Shown here: piece after piece, positions 48,401 through 57,496 of the stretch
Position numbering within the stretch: the first letter of the stretch is position 1
How the letters are laid out: each line of letters starts with the position of its first letter
Virus record (IMG/VR): IMGVR_UViG_3300028490_000007
Location: 1-64,000 of that record
Length of the DNA stretch: 64,000 bases
Direction: 5' to 3' (one strand)
Source: a virus
Notes under the pieces: model-generated
The model's input: the letters and a program-made list of their open reading frames with translations, nothing else
Told to the model about the DNA's origin: nothing
Database searches by the model: none
Position numbers and translations under genes: made by a program

Positions 48401-51036
48401 GTGAGCAAGCAATGGCTTCTCAGCAACCATTTAGCACAATGGGTAGACTATTCAAGCAGAAAGACACAGTTGAGGAGCAGGAGAGCTTTGGCTCAAACCT
48501 AGTTAAAGATGCAGTGGCACTAGATGCTTCTTCTCAAATGCTAGGAAAAACAGAGAGTGAGAAGAAGGCTATCTTTCAGGCAGCTCAAACATTTGGTTCT
48601 CTATCTGGAGGAGATGATGGTGCTCTGGTTATGCCTGCTAATGTTAAGAAATGGAAGAATGACCATTCAGACATGAGTAAGGAAGATATTCTTATTGCAC
48701 AAAAGTTATCTCGTGTAGATAAAATAAAAGGCATAAGTTTTAAAGAATTTAGTAGTGCTACCGGTGATGGTGCGATGCTGGACGCTGCAAAGAAAACTGC
48801 TGAGAATGTATTTGGTAAATCCTTGAATACAAAAAACGAAGTAGCTCAGAGTCTAGGGTTGCTGGGTACATTCAAACAAGGAGCCGATGGAAAGTTTGCT
48901 TCAATGACAGATACTGAACTTATGCAAAAAGAGAAGGTCGCTAGGTCCAAAGATTTCAAAGAAAGAGATTTTACAGAAAGAGCGTTGGTCAATGCTGCCG
49001 ACAACTACAAGAAGAGAACACACCATGATGCAGATGCAACACAACTATCTGCACAGATGTTTACTGACGCAGGGATTAGTGGTATGACAAGAGGTAGTGT
49101 TGCTGATAAAATGAATGGTTCGGCAAGAAGCCTTTCAGAGGATCTATTGAGTCAGATAAACCAAAACCTAGTACGCTTAGTACAGAAAGCTGAAAACCCA
49201 GCAGGTAAGTCCCAGAACAATAATGTTTATGGGGATGGTGGTGATGGCAACATGGGAGGAGCCAACAACCCTATCGTGACAGACATTTCTCTAAATCAAG
49301 ATACAGAAGCCAAGAAGATACCTGTATCCAAGTCCCCTGAAGACACAGTAAGACAAGATGCTCCGATAGAAGTCAGTGGTGGAAACAAGCAAGCCAAGCC
49401 AATTAAAGGAAATGAGCCTGCAACAACTGGGTCGGATAAGGCACCTCCTCCTGCACCTACTCCAGTAGCATATTCAGTCGAGGCTATAACAGAGAAGAAG
49501 AACAAGAGTGGGGATATGTATAATCCTACTGTTGGTGGATCTTCAAGAAGTACCGTAGTGTCAAAAAAGGGTGTAAGCTTTGATGGTCTACAGAAAGACA
49601 CAGCGAAACTAATGTTGGTAGCAAGTAGATCCATGGCCAGCGATGGTCATTCTATGATTGTAACTTCAGGGACGGACAGACCTGAAGGGTACGTTGGACC
49701 AAACGGGAAACCGGGTAAGTCGAAACATGAAGATGGAAAAGCCTTTGATATAGGAATAAAATCCTTCAAGAATAAAGATGAGGCAAGAGCTGCAGGTAAG
49801 AAAGCCTTGGCAAGAATGCAAAAAGGATATACAGGAGGGATTGAAGCCATTGAAGAAAAAGGTCATATCCATTTTGAGTTCAATGATGACAAAGAAAAGT
49901 CCGGATACATAGAAGACAATAAGGCTATGGATGCAACAAAATTTGGGCAAAAGAGAAAAGCCTCAAACCTACAGTCTGTACAGTTAGGCGTTGGTGGGTC
50001 AGCAAAATCCGATGCAGTTGACGCAATAGGAGCGAAAGCACCTCCTAAATTAAAAGCCACTAAAGAAGAGGCCGAAGCATCCAAAAAAACGATGAAGGAA
50101 CTGTACAAGAGAGCGACTGGTGGACTTCGTGACTTCATAGATAAGAGAACTACAGACCGTGCCAATGATGACAGAACTATGCACCATGGAGATAGCCTAG
50201 TTATAAAAGAGCAAATAAAGACAGATAGGGTAAAAGGCAAAACAGCAAAAACTACGGTCTTGAAAAAAGCAGGGTTTGATAAAGATGGCAAGGCATATGA
50301 ACATATAACAACCAAAGAGTTCAAGCAGAACATAAAAAAACCGGTATCTCGTCACAAAGAAGACAGCAAAGATAAAGTCCGTGAGTCAACTCAGTTTGGA
50401 AAAAACTCATTTGTTGTGTCGGACACAGAAACAGGTGAGTCATCTGAATACAAGAAGAACTCAAAAGTAAACAGTATGACCATGGTTGACAAAGATACAA
50501 AAAAGATGGAGGGAAGTATACCTCTTGCTTCTAAGTCTGGAGAAAAAGATGGTCCTCATGAGTCAACTCAGTTTGGGAAAAACTCATTTACTGTAACTGA
50601 CACTGAAACAGGAAAATCAGAAGAATACAGCAAGAGCCTAAAGACCAATAGTATTGCAGTTGTGGATAGCAAGAGTAAGAAAGTGGAGAGTGTGTCAGAT
50701 ATTAAGCCTATGTCTGAAAAACAAGTGTCCGCAGAACTTGAGAAAGTGTCCCCAGGGAAAGGATCGGGTGGTCCAAAGTCAGAGGCATTCTCAGCCAAAG
50801 TAAAAGGTGACATCAAGGCTCCTTCATATAAAGAATATCAAGACTCCATAACAGGAGGAGATGTTGCTATGCAGAAAACAATGTCCTCGAAAGAAGACAA
50901 GAAGACAAAAGGTGATACAAAGAGAGACATGGCTAGTCAGACCACTTCTCTTCTTGAGAGAATTGCTAAGGCTACAGAGGCTGTCTCAAGTGCAATGAGT
51001 GGGAGTGCACCTGTAGTTAAAAAGCAGAAGAGTTAA
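45445..51036 (+). CDS. tape measure protein with M15/LAS-type peptidase domain
   Basis: 1863 aa, G/A/M-rich with GAAMGSAILPGIGTLIGGIAG segment; IVTSG.DR...SKHEDGKAFDI...HIHFE. Confidence 0.75.
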   Translation: MIDPYIQQSQASMYMSPWQGFTSSPGMMSGGPQGYMGTGSMSNMQNQFGGGGSGVGSSAYGAMYDNPFTTAFAMQRTNVLARPKGAHFAGFQAHADNIAMGTGAAMTATGMEMGGSLAGGVAGAAMGSAILPGIGTLIGGIAGSMLGGSAGEMAGGAFANRAGAQTEVHRSLMGLANPSSPYGGGFGMGKKDTKDIFRGMEKMAGDDPYFGMGDISRILDEGIKSGNIKGGSGSGDIKSKLKGLKETAKSLVEIFGDSDISEIMDTLRRLNGTGMSNSQAVQTSRTIGMAARAMGMKEGDMFNRVSQDSQAKADAGIMTEGDALINDSTNLLAFKYSGDLKDRFTGNDDFIKKAGASMSKYTKLLSGNSGAHMLATKNEASEAALMAIAEATAKTNVGGKEAFTNLSREDQVKERQKAMTQVINQQKNGVALTGMVASLSANGTLEEKDRSDILHGNTVALTKRMSPVSTDYTTGDDYVKNQGDRQARVIKKAYNDTIAQYYSGTSVTEQDKYVADVLDQKGEAQYKSAINKEVQGEQASAMSKSGSFDSRWQAMLTQMSSAWGQFTEDIVGKTKMALTGMQTGPAASAASMSATVNVANSSSIAQMYDDKASPTFDSADMVTTGDRGTSISNSWSWRSNEVNTMVRGMAHQAGLDKGSLGTMNVEELSAMTKSGFASEASRIEGLNETDQSFKPVIEGSKSMAELSSEMTEIGGDGYTKKLEAFATKVKTSNLKGADGMNTAVTDINNDGADIFNTGSATRYGLSVLSNESEQSLFGLDLLGGDAKARGKQTQTVDDMVLLNKTGQKHNMAVKNAMSVASSVDFEQLKADIGDLGSRDGVAQYLEESGVGKDLDKQSKAVLSQALRAGHGDKTKTKEAFRYQAGTAKETIRSGTNFHSTMRTLGFKVEGSVSKQQIDRLGKELEFAGTRAVLDKTEEDTSPMARRLKGYQSIIREQQGFADDKEGNAKALEIMHAQGRQLQRTSGEQAMASQQPFSTMGRLFKQKDTVEEQESFGSNLVKDAVALDASSQMLGKTESEKKAIFQAAQTFGSLSGGDDGALVMPANVKKWKNDHSDMSKEDILIAQKLSRVDKIKGISFKEFSSATGDGAMLDAAKKTAENVFGKSLNTKNEVAQSLGLLGTFKQGADGKFASMTDTELMQKEKVARSKDFKERDFTERALVNAADNYKKRTHHDADATQLSAQMFTDAGISGMTRGSVADKMNGSARSLSEDLLSQINQNLVRLVQKAENPAGKSQNNNVYGDGGDGNMGGANNPIVTDISLNQDTEAKKIPVSKSPEDTVRQDAPIEVSGGNKQAKPIKGNEPATTGSDKAPPPAPTPVAYSVEAITEKKNKSGDMYNPTVGGSSRSTVVSKKGVSFDGLQKDTAKLMLVASRSMASDGHSMIVTSGTDRPEGYVGPNGKPGKSKHEDGKAFDIGIKSFKNKDEARAAGKKALARMQKGYTGGIEAIEEKGHIHFEFNDDKEKSGYIEDNKAMDATKFGQKRKASNLQSVQLGVGGSAKSDAVDAIGAKAPPKLKATKEEAEASKKTMKELYKRATGGLRDFIDKRTTDRANDDRTMHHGDSLVIKEQIKTDRVKGKTAKTTVLKKAGFDKDGKAYEHITTKEFKQNIKKPVSRHKEDSKDKVRESTQFGKNSFVVSDTETGESSEYKKNSKVNSMTMVDKDTKKMEGSIPLASKSGEKDGPHESTQFGKNSFTVTDTETGKSEEYSKSLKTNSIAVVDSKSKKVESVSDIKPMSEKQVSAELEKVSPGKGSGGPKSEAFSAKVKGDIKAPSYKEYQDSITGGDVAMQKTMSSKEDKKTKGDTKRDMASQTTSLLERIAKATEAVSSAMSGSAPVVKKQKS
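50383..50690 (+). repeat. 59-aa (177-nt) duplicated unit in the tape measure C-terminus
   Basis: ESTQFGKNSF.V.DTETG.S.EY at 50383 and 50560. Confidence 0.8.
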
Positions 51037-51119
51037 TAATATATGTGTCTAAGTTGACTTTTGTTCTAAATACGATATACTTCTATAGTTAAAAAACACT
51101 TAAATATAGAGGAGACAGT

Positions 51120-51374
51120 ATGATAAAAGCTTTTGAAGACAAAATATTAGCCAAACGTGTAGGTGAAGATAACCTTACATCAAAGGGCGTAGTTAAAACT
51201 TCTACCAATAAAGAGAAGCCGTTAAAGGTGGTTATTATTGACAGTGCAGTCAGTGAAGTGGTAAAAGGTGATACCTTTCTTATTGCGAGATTTTCAGGAA
51301 TGGAATTTGAGTTCGAGAATGAAGAATATCTGACTATTGGTATCGATGATATAATCGCAAGGATTACGTCATGA
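51120..51374 (+). CDS. groES: co-chaperonin GroES-like
   Basis: DKILAKR..E...T.KGVV....KEKP...VKGD......SG.E......EYL....DDIIA. Confidence 0.85.
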   Translation: MIKAFEDKILAKRVGEDNLTSKGVVKTSTNKEKPLKVVIIDSAVSEVVKGDTFLIARFSGMEFEFENEEYLTIGIDDIIARITS

Positions 51375-52807
51375 TAAAATCAACAGGTCCTAATTCTAAT
51401 GAGTTTGTCAAAAATGTGATGGAGCAAGTATCTTCTTTGGTTGAGGTAACATACGGTCCCAGTGGTGGATTTGTAGTCTTATCAAATGGAAATACCTCAC
51501 TAGCAACAAAAGATGGAGTTTCTGTTATTAGAGCACTCGTCTCCAATGATGATTTAGAACAAGCAGTCATTAGTGTGATACAAGAAGCAGCCTTGAATAC
51601 TCTTTCTAAAGCAGGTGATGGTACGACGACAACCATTGTTCTTGCAAACCAACTACTCAAATCATTCTCTACTTACGACTATATGAAAAAAGAAGAAATC
51701 ATCAAGTCTGTAAAAGAGGAAATCCGAAAAAAAAGCAAACCTGTAACTATTGGGTCAGATGCACTTACGTCTATCGCTATGACCTCAACATCTGGAGATA
51801 AGTCATTGGCGAAAACAGTATTGGAAGCTTTCACCATAGCAGAGAGCCACGGTATCTCTGGCGTTATTGCAGAGCCTCATTTAGGAAGATGTACTTCCGT
51901 GGATACTGTTGATGGAATAAGCTTTACCGGTAATATGATTGACACTATATTCTATGATAGCCAAGAGCTTAGAACAAAGAGTGCTATTGATCCACATATT
52001 ATATTTGCTATGGATGAGGTGTCTGGTGAAGATGATATAGTTGAACTCATAACTACCTGTGTAAACAAAGGGGTTGAAGATCTAATTATTATCGCTCCAT
52101 CTTTTGCAATGACCTCCTTATCTGCTCTGTCTATAAACCATAAGGTCTCAATGAACCTAATGCCTATTGCAGTAGATGGTGGTGATGCAGTCCGAACAAA
52201 AATGGCTATTCAGGCTATTGCCACTGCTTTAGGAGCAACTATTGTTGGTGAAGAAAGTGGAGTGTCTATCGGCGATGTCTCAGAGGATATGATTATCCCC
52301 GTAGGAAAGATCTCTATATCTGGTAAATCTGTTGTTGTCTCAGGATACGATAACAGTTCAAAGGAGAGCATCAACGAACTCGTCAATAGATATGAGTCAA
52401 AGCTTAGAGCCGTTGCTTCAGATGAAGAAAGAGACATGATTAAAACTCTCATCTCAATCCTCAAGAAAAAAATGGTAAAAGTCATAGTTGGAGGGCACAC
52501 TTTAAACTCAATCACTGAGAGAAAAGACCGTGCTGACGACTGTATAAACTCTGTAGAACTAGCACTAAAAGGCGGTGTCGTTCCAGGAGCAGGACGAGCA
52601 TATACCAACATGGGGATAGGCATCAATACTGGCACGAATATAGATAAGGCTGTAGAGGCTGTATCTAGGATAATCAACAAAGGGGAAGTGTCTCCTACAG
52701 CACTCCAAACCCTAGACCCGACAATAGTCGCAGAGATCGTCGCAGAGCAGGCTATAGAGCTTGCATTCATGCTAGGTATGACAAGAGCTGTCGTACTTAC
52801 ACAATAA
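51371..52807 (+). CDS. groEL: divergent chaperonin GroEL-like
   Basis: TYGPSG, TKDGVSV, AGDGTTT, ERKDRADD, GGVVPGAG, LDPT.V; 478 aa, no GGM tail. Confidence 0.9.
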   Translation: MIKSTGPNSNEFVKNVMEQVSSLVEVTYGPSGGFVVLSNGNTSLATKDGVSVIRALVSNDDLEQAVISVIQEAALNTLSKAGDGTTTTIVLANQLLKSFSTYDYMKKEEIIKSVKEEIRKKSKPVTIGSDALTSIAMTSTSGDKSLAKTVLEAFTIAESHGISGVIAEPHLGRCTSVDTVDGISFTGNMIDTIFYDSQELRTKSAIDPHIIFAMDEVSGEDDIVELITTCVNKGVEDLIIIAPSFAMTSLSALSINHKVSMNLMPIAVDGGDAVRTKMAIQAIATALGATIVGEESGVSIGDVSEDMIIPVGKISISGKSVVVSGYDNSSKESINELVNRYESKLRAVASDEERDMIKTLISILKKKMVKVIVGGHTLNSITERKDRADDCINSVELALKGGVVPGAGRAYTNMGIGINTGTNIDKAVEAVSRIINKGEVSPTALQTLDPTIVAEIVAEQAIELAFMLGMTRAVVLTQ

Positions 52808-52818
52808 AAGGAACCCAA

Positions 52819-53589
52819 ATGAAAAACAGTATCACCCCCCCATCAGACACAGAAGAGACAGCCAAGCAAACTGCAGAAGAGAAGTTTGAAGAGTTCAAGA
52901 AAGTAGAGTCAGCAAATGATAAGCTCACAGAGGACAACATTTCTACGGAGGCTATAGATTTTGAAGAAAGTTCTTTTCTTGAAAAAAATAAACATGCAGG
53001 TCAAAAAACAGAGGCTCCAAAAGAAGAAGACGAAGATAATGCTGAAGCATATGAACAAAGCTTCGTAGACAAAGAAATGAATAAGGCTGAAGAAGAAGAT
53101 CTTTCTCCTGAAGAAGCAATGGATAAGGTTATTCGAGAAATAGCAGACCAACCATTTGAAGTGGCTATGTCAAACCTTGAAGTGGAGAAGAACCAAGTAG
53201 TAGAAGCTGCCTCTGGTATATTCTCTTCTAAGGGGTACTTTGAGAAAGACTACTCACTTCCTTTTGGAGGAGAGGTAACAATGAGAAGCAAGACAGTAAA
53301 TGACTATGTTGACTACACAGAATACGTAAGACGTTTATTGTTAGATCCTATCTCTCAAAAAGAGTTTGATACCTTCACTCAAATGAGAAACTTGTCATAT
53401 GCTATTGTTGCTATTGACGGAGATGATATCTCGGAGTTGTCAATAGACGATAAATTTGCATTGCTGACGGGAATGAGCGAAATCAAGATTACTGCCATAA
53501 TCAACAATACGAAAGTTTTCTGGAGAATTACCCACCTTTTACTACACCCAGGTCTAGTCGATTTTTTAGCACAAACGCCAGAGGAGTAA
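52819..53589 (+). CDS. tail assembly chaperone (G-type)
   Basis: acidic N-terminus; ends ...GLVDFLAQTPEE with an in-frame T TTT TTA slippery site. Confidence 0.65.
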   Translation: MKNSITPPSDTEETAKQTAEEKFEEFKKVESANDKLTEDNISTEAIDFEESSFLEKNKHAGQKTEAPKEEDEDNAEAYEQSFVDKEMNKAEEEDLSPEEAMDKVIREIADQPFEVAMSNLEVEKNQVVEAASGIFSSKGYFEKDYSLPFGGEVTMRSKTVNDYVDYTEYVRRLLLDPISQKEFDTFTQMRNLSYAIVAIDGDDISELSIDDKFALLTGMSEIKITAIINNTKVFWRITHLLLHPGLVDFLAQTPEE

Positions 53590-53810
53590 TTCTCTGGGCC
53601 TTCAAGAGGCTTGATGCTATGGACTCACCTCCTGAGCATTCCCTTGAAAAGAGTGTTCTTGAAGGTTTGTTATCATATAGGGCTAGACGAAATAACATGA
53701 TGAGCATCAATAGTTCGCTGCTTGGAGTGTATGGTAGCCTGCTTGCTGCAGGAGGCGGAGACGCAACAGATATAGACGACTTGATAAGAGAAATGTCTAC
53801 TGGCCTTTAA
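53562..53810 (+). CDS. -1 frameshift extension (GT-type) of the tail assembly chaperone
   Basis: -1 frame from 53568 reads STNARGVILWAFKRLDAMDSPP... continuously into ORF 53619-53810. Confidence 0.7.
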   Translation, partial: FFSTNARGVILWAFKRLDAMDSPPEHSLEKSVLEGLLSYRARRNNMMSINSSLLGVYGSLLAAGGGDATDIDDLIREMSTGL

Positions 53811-53819
53811 GGAGGGTTT

Positions 53820-55646
53820 ATGAGTAACATATTTAAAAAATCTATTGAGTTAATAAACTCTTGCATGAGCACCAATATTACCATTACTGGAGACATGTAT
53901 ATCGTAGATGGTCTATACTTCAAGAACTTCAAGAGAATGATATCTCACCTTGGAATAGAAGATGATTTAATGGACAGTATGAGACAACATAGAGCGTTGT
54001 ATTCATTAGCTAGGCATTATAAGTCTTACCCTGAACCGGCATATGACAACTTTGCATGGCAGGGAGCTAAAGGCGAATACTTTACGAGGCAGAATGTGTA
54101 TAGAGACGGGGATGCATATGTTGCTAATGTGGACTTCCGTATCCGTATGCCTTGGGGAATGATTGACATAAAGAAAACAAACAGAATTCAGCCGGCATAC
54201 ACAATGGAGGGATTTGACACAGGCATCATACTTGTACGAAGCAGATCTGACGCAGAAGTATTTTGTCCAGACAAAAGTATGCTTAGGTTTATCAACCATG
54301 ATACAAATGCGATGAAGGCATCTATACTTAGTAGCTATATCACAAAGAGAGCAAGTAGCGAAGTGAAGAATATCGTAATATCTGATATGTTCCCATCTCT
54401 GCTTAATGCATGCAAGGCAGGGCTTGTTTCTGAAATATCTTGTGCCAAGTCAAAAGAAAGAGCATTCGCCAAAGTATTGCTTCTTGACAGGGATGCAATG
54501 GCTGTATCTCACCTCCGAATAAATGGCGTAACACCCGTATTGTTTATTGCTCAATACATCTCCGTTCTAACAAACAAAGAGGTTAGAATTGGCGTACAGA
54601 ATGGGATATTTGCATGCAGGGAAACAGGAGAGGCGATCCCAGACATTTTTGCATCCTTGCTTGCAATTAATGCAGAGATGCCTTCTCCTGTAGCTCCAGA
54701 GATAAAAGCTTTCATCTTCAAGACAGTTGATGCATTCTACTCAATAAGCTATGGGTACAGAACATCTGTGACTGAAAAGTTTGGAGGTACGGTTCATGTT
54801 TATACCGGAAAATCAGATAACAAGACCGCAAGAAAGGTAGCAAGTGCAATCACAAGCCTTCCTGTAATAAAAGATGAACTGAAAGATATCAAGATAAAAG
54901 ATGTAGTGTCTTTAGTCCATGAGTATTTAGGGGCAAAGAGGAAAACAAATGCCTCTGACAACTCAAGTATTGAATTCGGTGGAGTTGATATGGTGATGGA
55001 CTTTACAAATGGGGCACTTGTCTTTAATGATATCGGGAACAAGTCAGTCTCTGCAAGGTGGCTCTCGTCTCCAAATTTGGGCAGGAAGCCAACAGGACAT
55101 GCAAGTAGAGCAATGACCTTCAAGTATATCTTTTCGTCCACAGAGGATGCACAGAGAGCTTTAAGGGGGACATACTTGATGAGTCTATCTGTACTCTTTG
55201 ATGTTCCCTGCAGAATAGCAGTATCTGCTAATACAACTAAAGCAGCAAGGAATGTTGTTAGGTATTTTTCATCCACTGCCTTTAATACATTCAGTTCGTC
55301 TTTTAAGCATCCGGATATTATGTCTTTTTCTGGTAGGGAAGTTGCTGTGATTATGGAGAGGGAAGAGGCTGATTTTGGTGGACTAACGCACAAGATTGTG
55401 ATCTTAAGGGACGAAGAAGATGCTGAAATAGACTTCTATACGGGAGCACTTTCTCCTGCCAAAAGCACAAGCCTGTATAACTTACAGGTCACAAATCCTG
55501 ACAAATGGTATATCTACTATCTTGGTAAAATGCTGAAAGAGTTGGCTGAAGAGTATTCCGACATGGAGCAGTTAAAAGCACACATGTCTATAGGCGACAA
55601 TTTGAAGAGGTTTGTTGATGCAGCAGAGGTTGACTCAATCTATTAG
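53820..55646 (+). CDS. hypothetical protein (608 aa)
   Basis: AAGGAGG RBS; no recognisable motif. Confidence 0.7.
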   Translation: MSNIFKKSIELINSCMSTNITITGDMYIVDGLYFKNFKRMISHLGIEDDLMDSMRQHRALYSLARHYKSYPEPAYDNFAWQGAKGEYFTRQNVYRDGDAYVANVDFRIRMPWGMIDIKKTNRIQPAYTMEGFDTGIILVRSRSDAEVFCPDKSMLRFINHDTNAMKASILSSYITKRASSEVKNIVISDMFPSLLNACKAGLVSEISCAKSKERAFAKVLLLDRDAMAVSHLRINGVTPVLFIAQYISVLTNKEVRIGVQNGIFACRETGEAIPDIFASLLAINAEMPSPVAPEIKAFIFKTVDAFYSISYGYRTSVTEKFGGTVHVYTGKSDNKTARKVASAITSLPVIKDELKDIKIKDVVSLVHEYLGAKRKTNASDNSSIEFGGVDMVMDFTNGALVFNDIGNKSVSARWLSSPNLGRKPTGHASRAMTFKYIFSSTEDAQRALRGTYLMSLSVLFDVPCRIAVSANTTKAARNVVRYFSSTAFNTFSSSFKHPDIMSFSGREVAVIMEREEADFGGLTHKIVILRDEEDAEIDFYTGALSPAKSTSLYNLQVTNPDKWYIYYLGKMLKELAEEYSDMEQLKAHMSIGDNLKRFVDAAEVDSIY

Positions 55647-56417
55647 GTTGAGCATCTTTGATACCCTTGCATCATTAGGCTTGATAAGGATACCTATAAA
55701 CATAGTTGATGTTCTAACACTACCTATGTTTGCTATTGTCCTGTCTGAAACTTCGTAGAATTGCTTGTCTGACAAGTCCGCAAAGATTGTACCTTTAACA
55801 AAGTCTGTTCTAGCATATGTTTGAAACACTGCTTGTTCTCGTATTTTTGAACCACTATTGTTAAACTCTTGCTTGCTTTGAGTTTTGATCTTTTTACAGA
55901 GAATGTCTGTCTTGTTGAACTCTGCATCAGAACAAGTACAAGTAGATGATATCGGTTGCCCTAACTCTTCATCCCAACACTCTTCACACTTAGCTGCAGT
56001 AAGAGATTGCGTTAGTACCCTGACAGTTGTTCCGGAGAACCTTGCAAGTTGATTAAATTCAACTGTGAGCTTATTCACAATTCCATATAATGCTTCAATC
56101 CCCTTCGGCGAAATCTGGAAAGTATTTGTAGTGTCCACAAAAATATCATTGACGTCAAAAAATTGCATATTGAAGTTCTTGTAATAGATGGAGTCAAAAG
56201 GTAGTCTATTTAAGTCTACTGTTATTTGCCCTGTTCCTGTGTCTACACGCACAACAGAGTTCTCAGATACACCAGAGGTAGCATCAAAGACATCAATCTC
56301 TTGATCTTCTGACCCCGAAACACTGAGCAACAATTTGGCTTTAGCAAAAGTTATCTGTGTCCCTATCGTAAACTTAAAAGATGAGGCGGTATTGCTTACT
56401 ATTGATATATTAAGCAT
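55635..56417 (-). CDS. putative neck/head-closure protein
   Basis: C.ECWD......STC.C motif, in the head gene cluster. Confidence 0.45.
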   Translation of the reverse strand: MLNISIVSNTASSFKFTIGTQITFAKAKLLLSVSGSEDQEIDVFDATSGVSENSVVRVDTGTGQITVDLNRLPFDSIYYKNFNMQFFDVNDIFVDTTNTFQISPKGIEALYGIVNKLTVEFNQLARFSGTTVRVLTQSLTAAKCEECWDEELGQPISSTCTCSDAEFNKTDILCKKIKTQSKQEFNNSGSKIREQAVFQTYARTDFVKGTIFADLSDKQFYEVSDRTIANIGSVRTSTMFIGILIKPNDARVSKMLNLID

Positions 56418-56868
56418 GAGTGATTATCTGTTCGTCTGCACCCTTCACAGACTTAACTTCATTTGTATTCACTGAAACAACTTGTCCATTCCCTAGTTCA
56501 ACATCAACACGATCCCTATACACAACAACATTACTCATAGAGTCTTCATTGACGACTTCTATCTTCATGGTCTCAAGGATCTCTTTACTGAGCATGTACT
56601 GCTCAGAGAAAGTCTTATTCATTGCACTGAAGTATTCGTTTACTTTGTCGATGTTACGATTTAGTACATTTGTTACCTGGGTTATATTCCCAATACGCTC
56701 AAGCTCTATATCATTCATGTTATAACCCCTATCTCTTAGTTTGGCGACTATTTTATTGATAGCCTTTTCCATGCTCTCTGAAACAGCATTCATGCCTGTG
56801 ATATCAAATCCAACTTCAGGATAATTAACAAAATCAACCATTGCCATAGAAATAACTTTAGCTACCAT
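56410..56868 (-). CDS. hypothetical protein
   Basis: AGGAGGT RBS before MVAKVIS. Confidence 0.6.
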   Translation of the reverse strand: MVAKVISMAMVDFVNYPEVGFDITGMNAVSESMEKAINKIVAKLRDRGYNMNDIELERIGNITQVTNVLNRNIDKVNEYFSAMNKTFSEQYMLSKEILETMKIEVVNEDSMSNVVVYRDRVDVELGNGQVVSVNTNEVKSVKGADEQIITHA

Positions 56869-56869
56869 A

Positions 56870-57496
56870 TTATACCTCCTGCGTATTGTTTCGTATATAT
56901 GATTTACGCATTCTAGCACGAAGCTTATTAAGACCACTATAGTACGCACCATTTGACATACCAGTATGCTTCAGTGCCTTTGGCGTTGACATGCCTTTCT
57001 CTATAGTCTCTGATATCTTCTTTTCTTTACCAGACAGGTCAGGCAATAGTGACTGCATAGAGACATAATTTGTCCCTCCACCAAACTTGTCAGTTACGAC
57101 AGCTTTTATTTGACCCATCTTCTTATATTTGTTTACAAACTTTGACTTAAAGCCTGTGTGCTTAGCTAGTTCTGCATCTGTAGCATCTCTACCATGCATC
57201 ATGTAAAGCTCATCATTAGCTGTTCTCAACTTGTTTATTGCCATACCTACGTCTTCACTAACTTTTAAGTTAGAACTAGACTCGTGTACGTCTCTCTTCA
57301 GTTTGTTGAGGTGATTGCTTAGGTGAGTTTTAAATGAGGCATTCTTTGTTTTATCAAAAGTACGCTCTGCATTTTGCGAGTACGTATATAGCTTATAATC
57401 CAGTTCAGCAGGAGATAGCTCTGACGAGTATGTCCGTTTGAAGTGGTTTATTGTATCCATATGGCCTGAGACCATAGGACTATATACGTTGCTCAT
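56870..57496 (-). CDS. sigma-70-family (FliA/WhiG-like) RNA polymerase sigma factor, divergent
   Basis: region 2-like FDKTKNASFKTH, region 3-like GRDATDAELAKHTG, region 4-like LSGKEK...GMSNGAYYSGLNKLR. Confidence 0.7.
   Translation of the reverse strand: MSNVYSPMVSGHMDTINHFKRTYSSELSPAELDYKLYTYSQNAERTFDKTKNASFKTHLSNHLNKLKRDVHESSSNLKVSEDVGMAINKLRTANDELYMMHGRDATDAELAKHTGFKSKFVNKYKKMGQIKAVVTDKFGGGTNYVSMQSLLPDLSGKEKKISETIEKGMSTPKALKHTGMSNGAYYSGLNKLRARMRKSYIRNNTQEV

Noticed and set aside
13245-55393. Many minus-strand ORFs of 60-200 aa within long plus-strand genes (and the reverse in the minus-strand blocks)
   Set aside because: Antisense shadows of real genes: Ser/Leu/Phe-rich and without RBS
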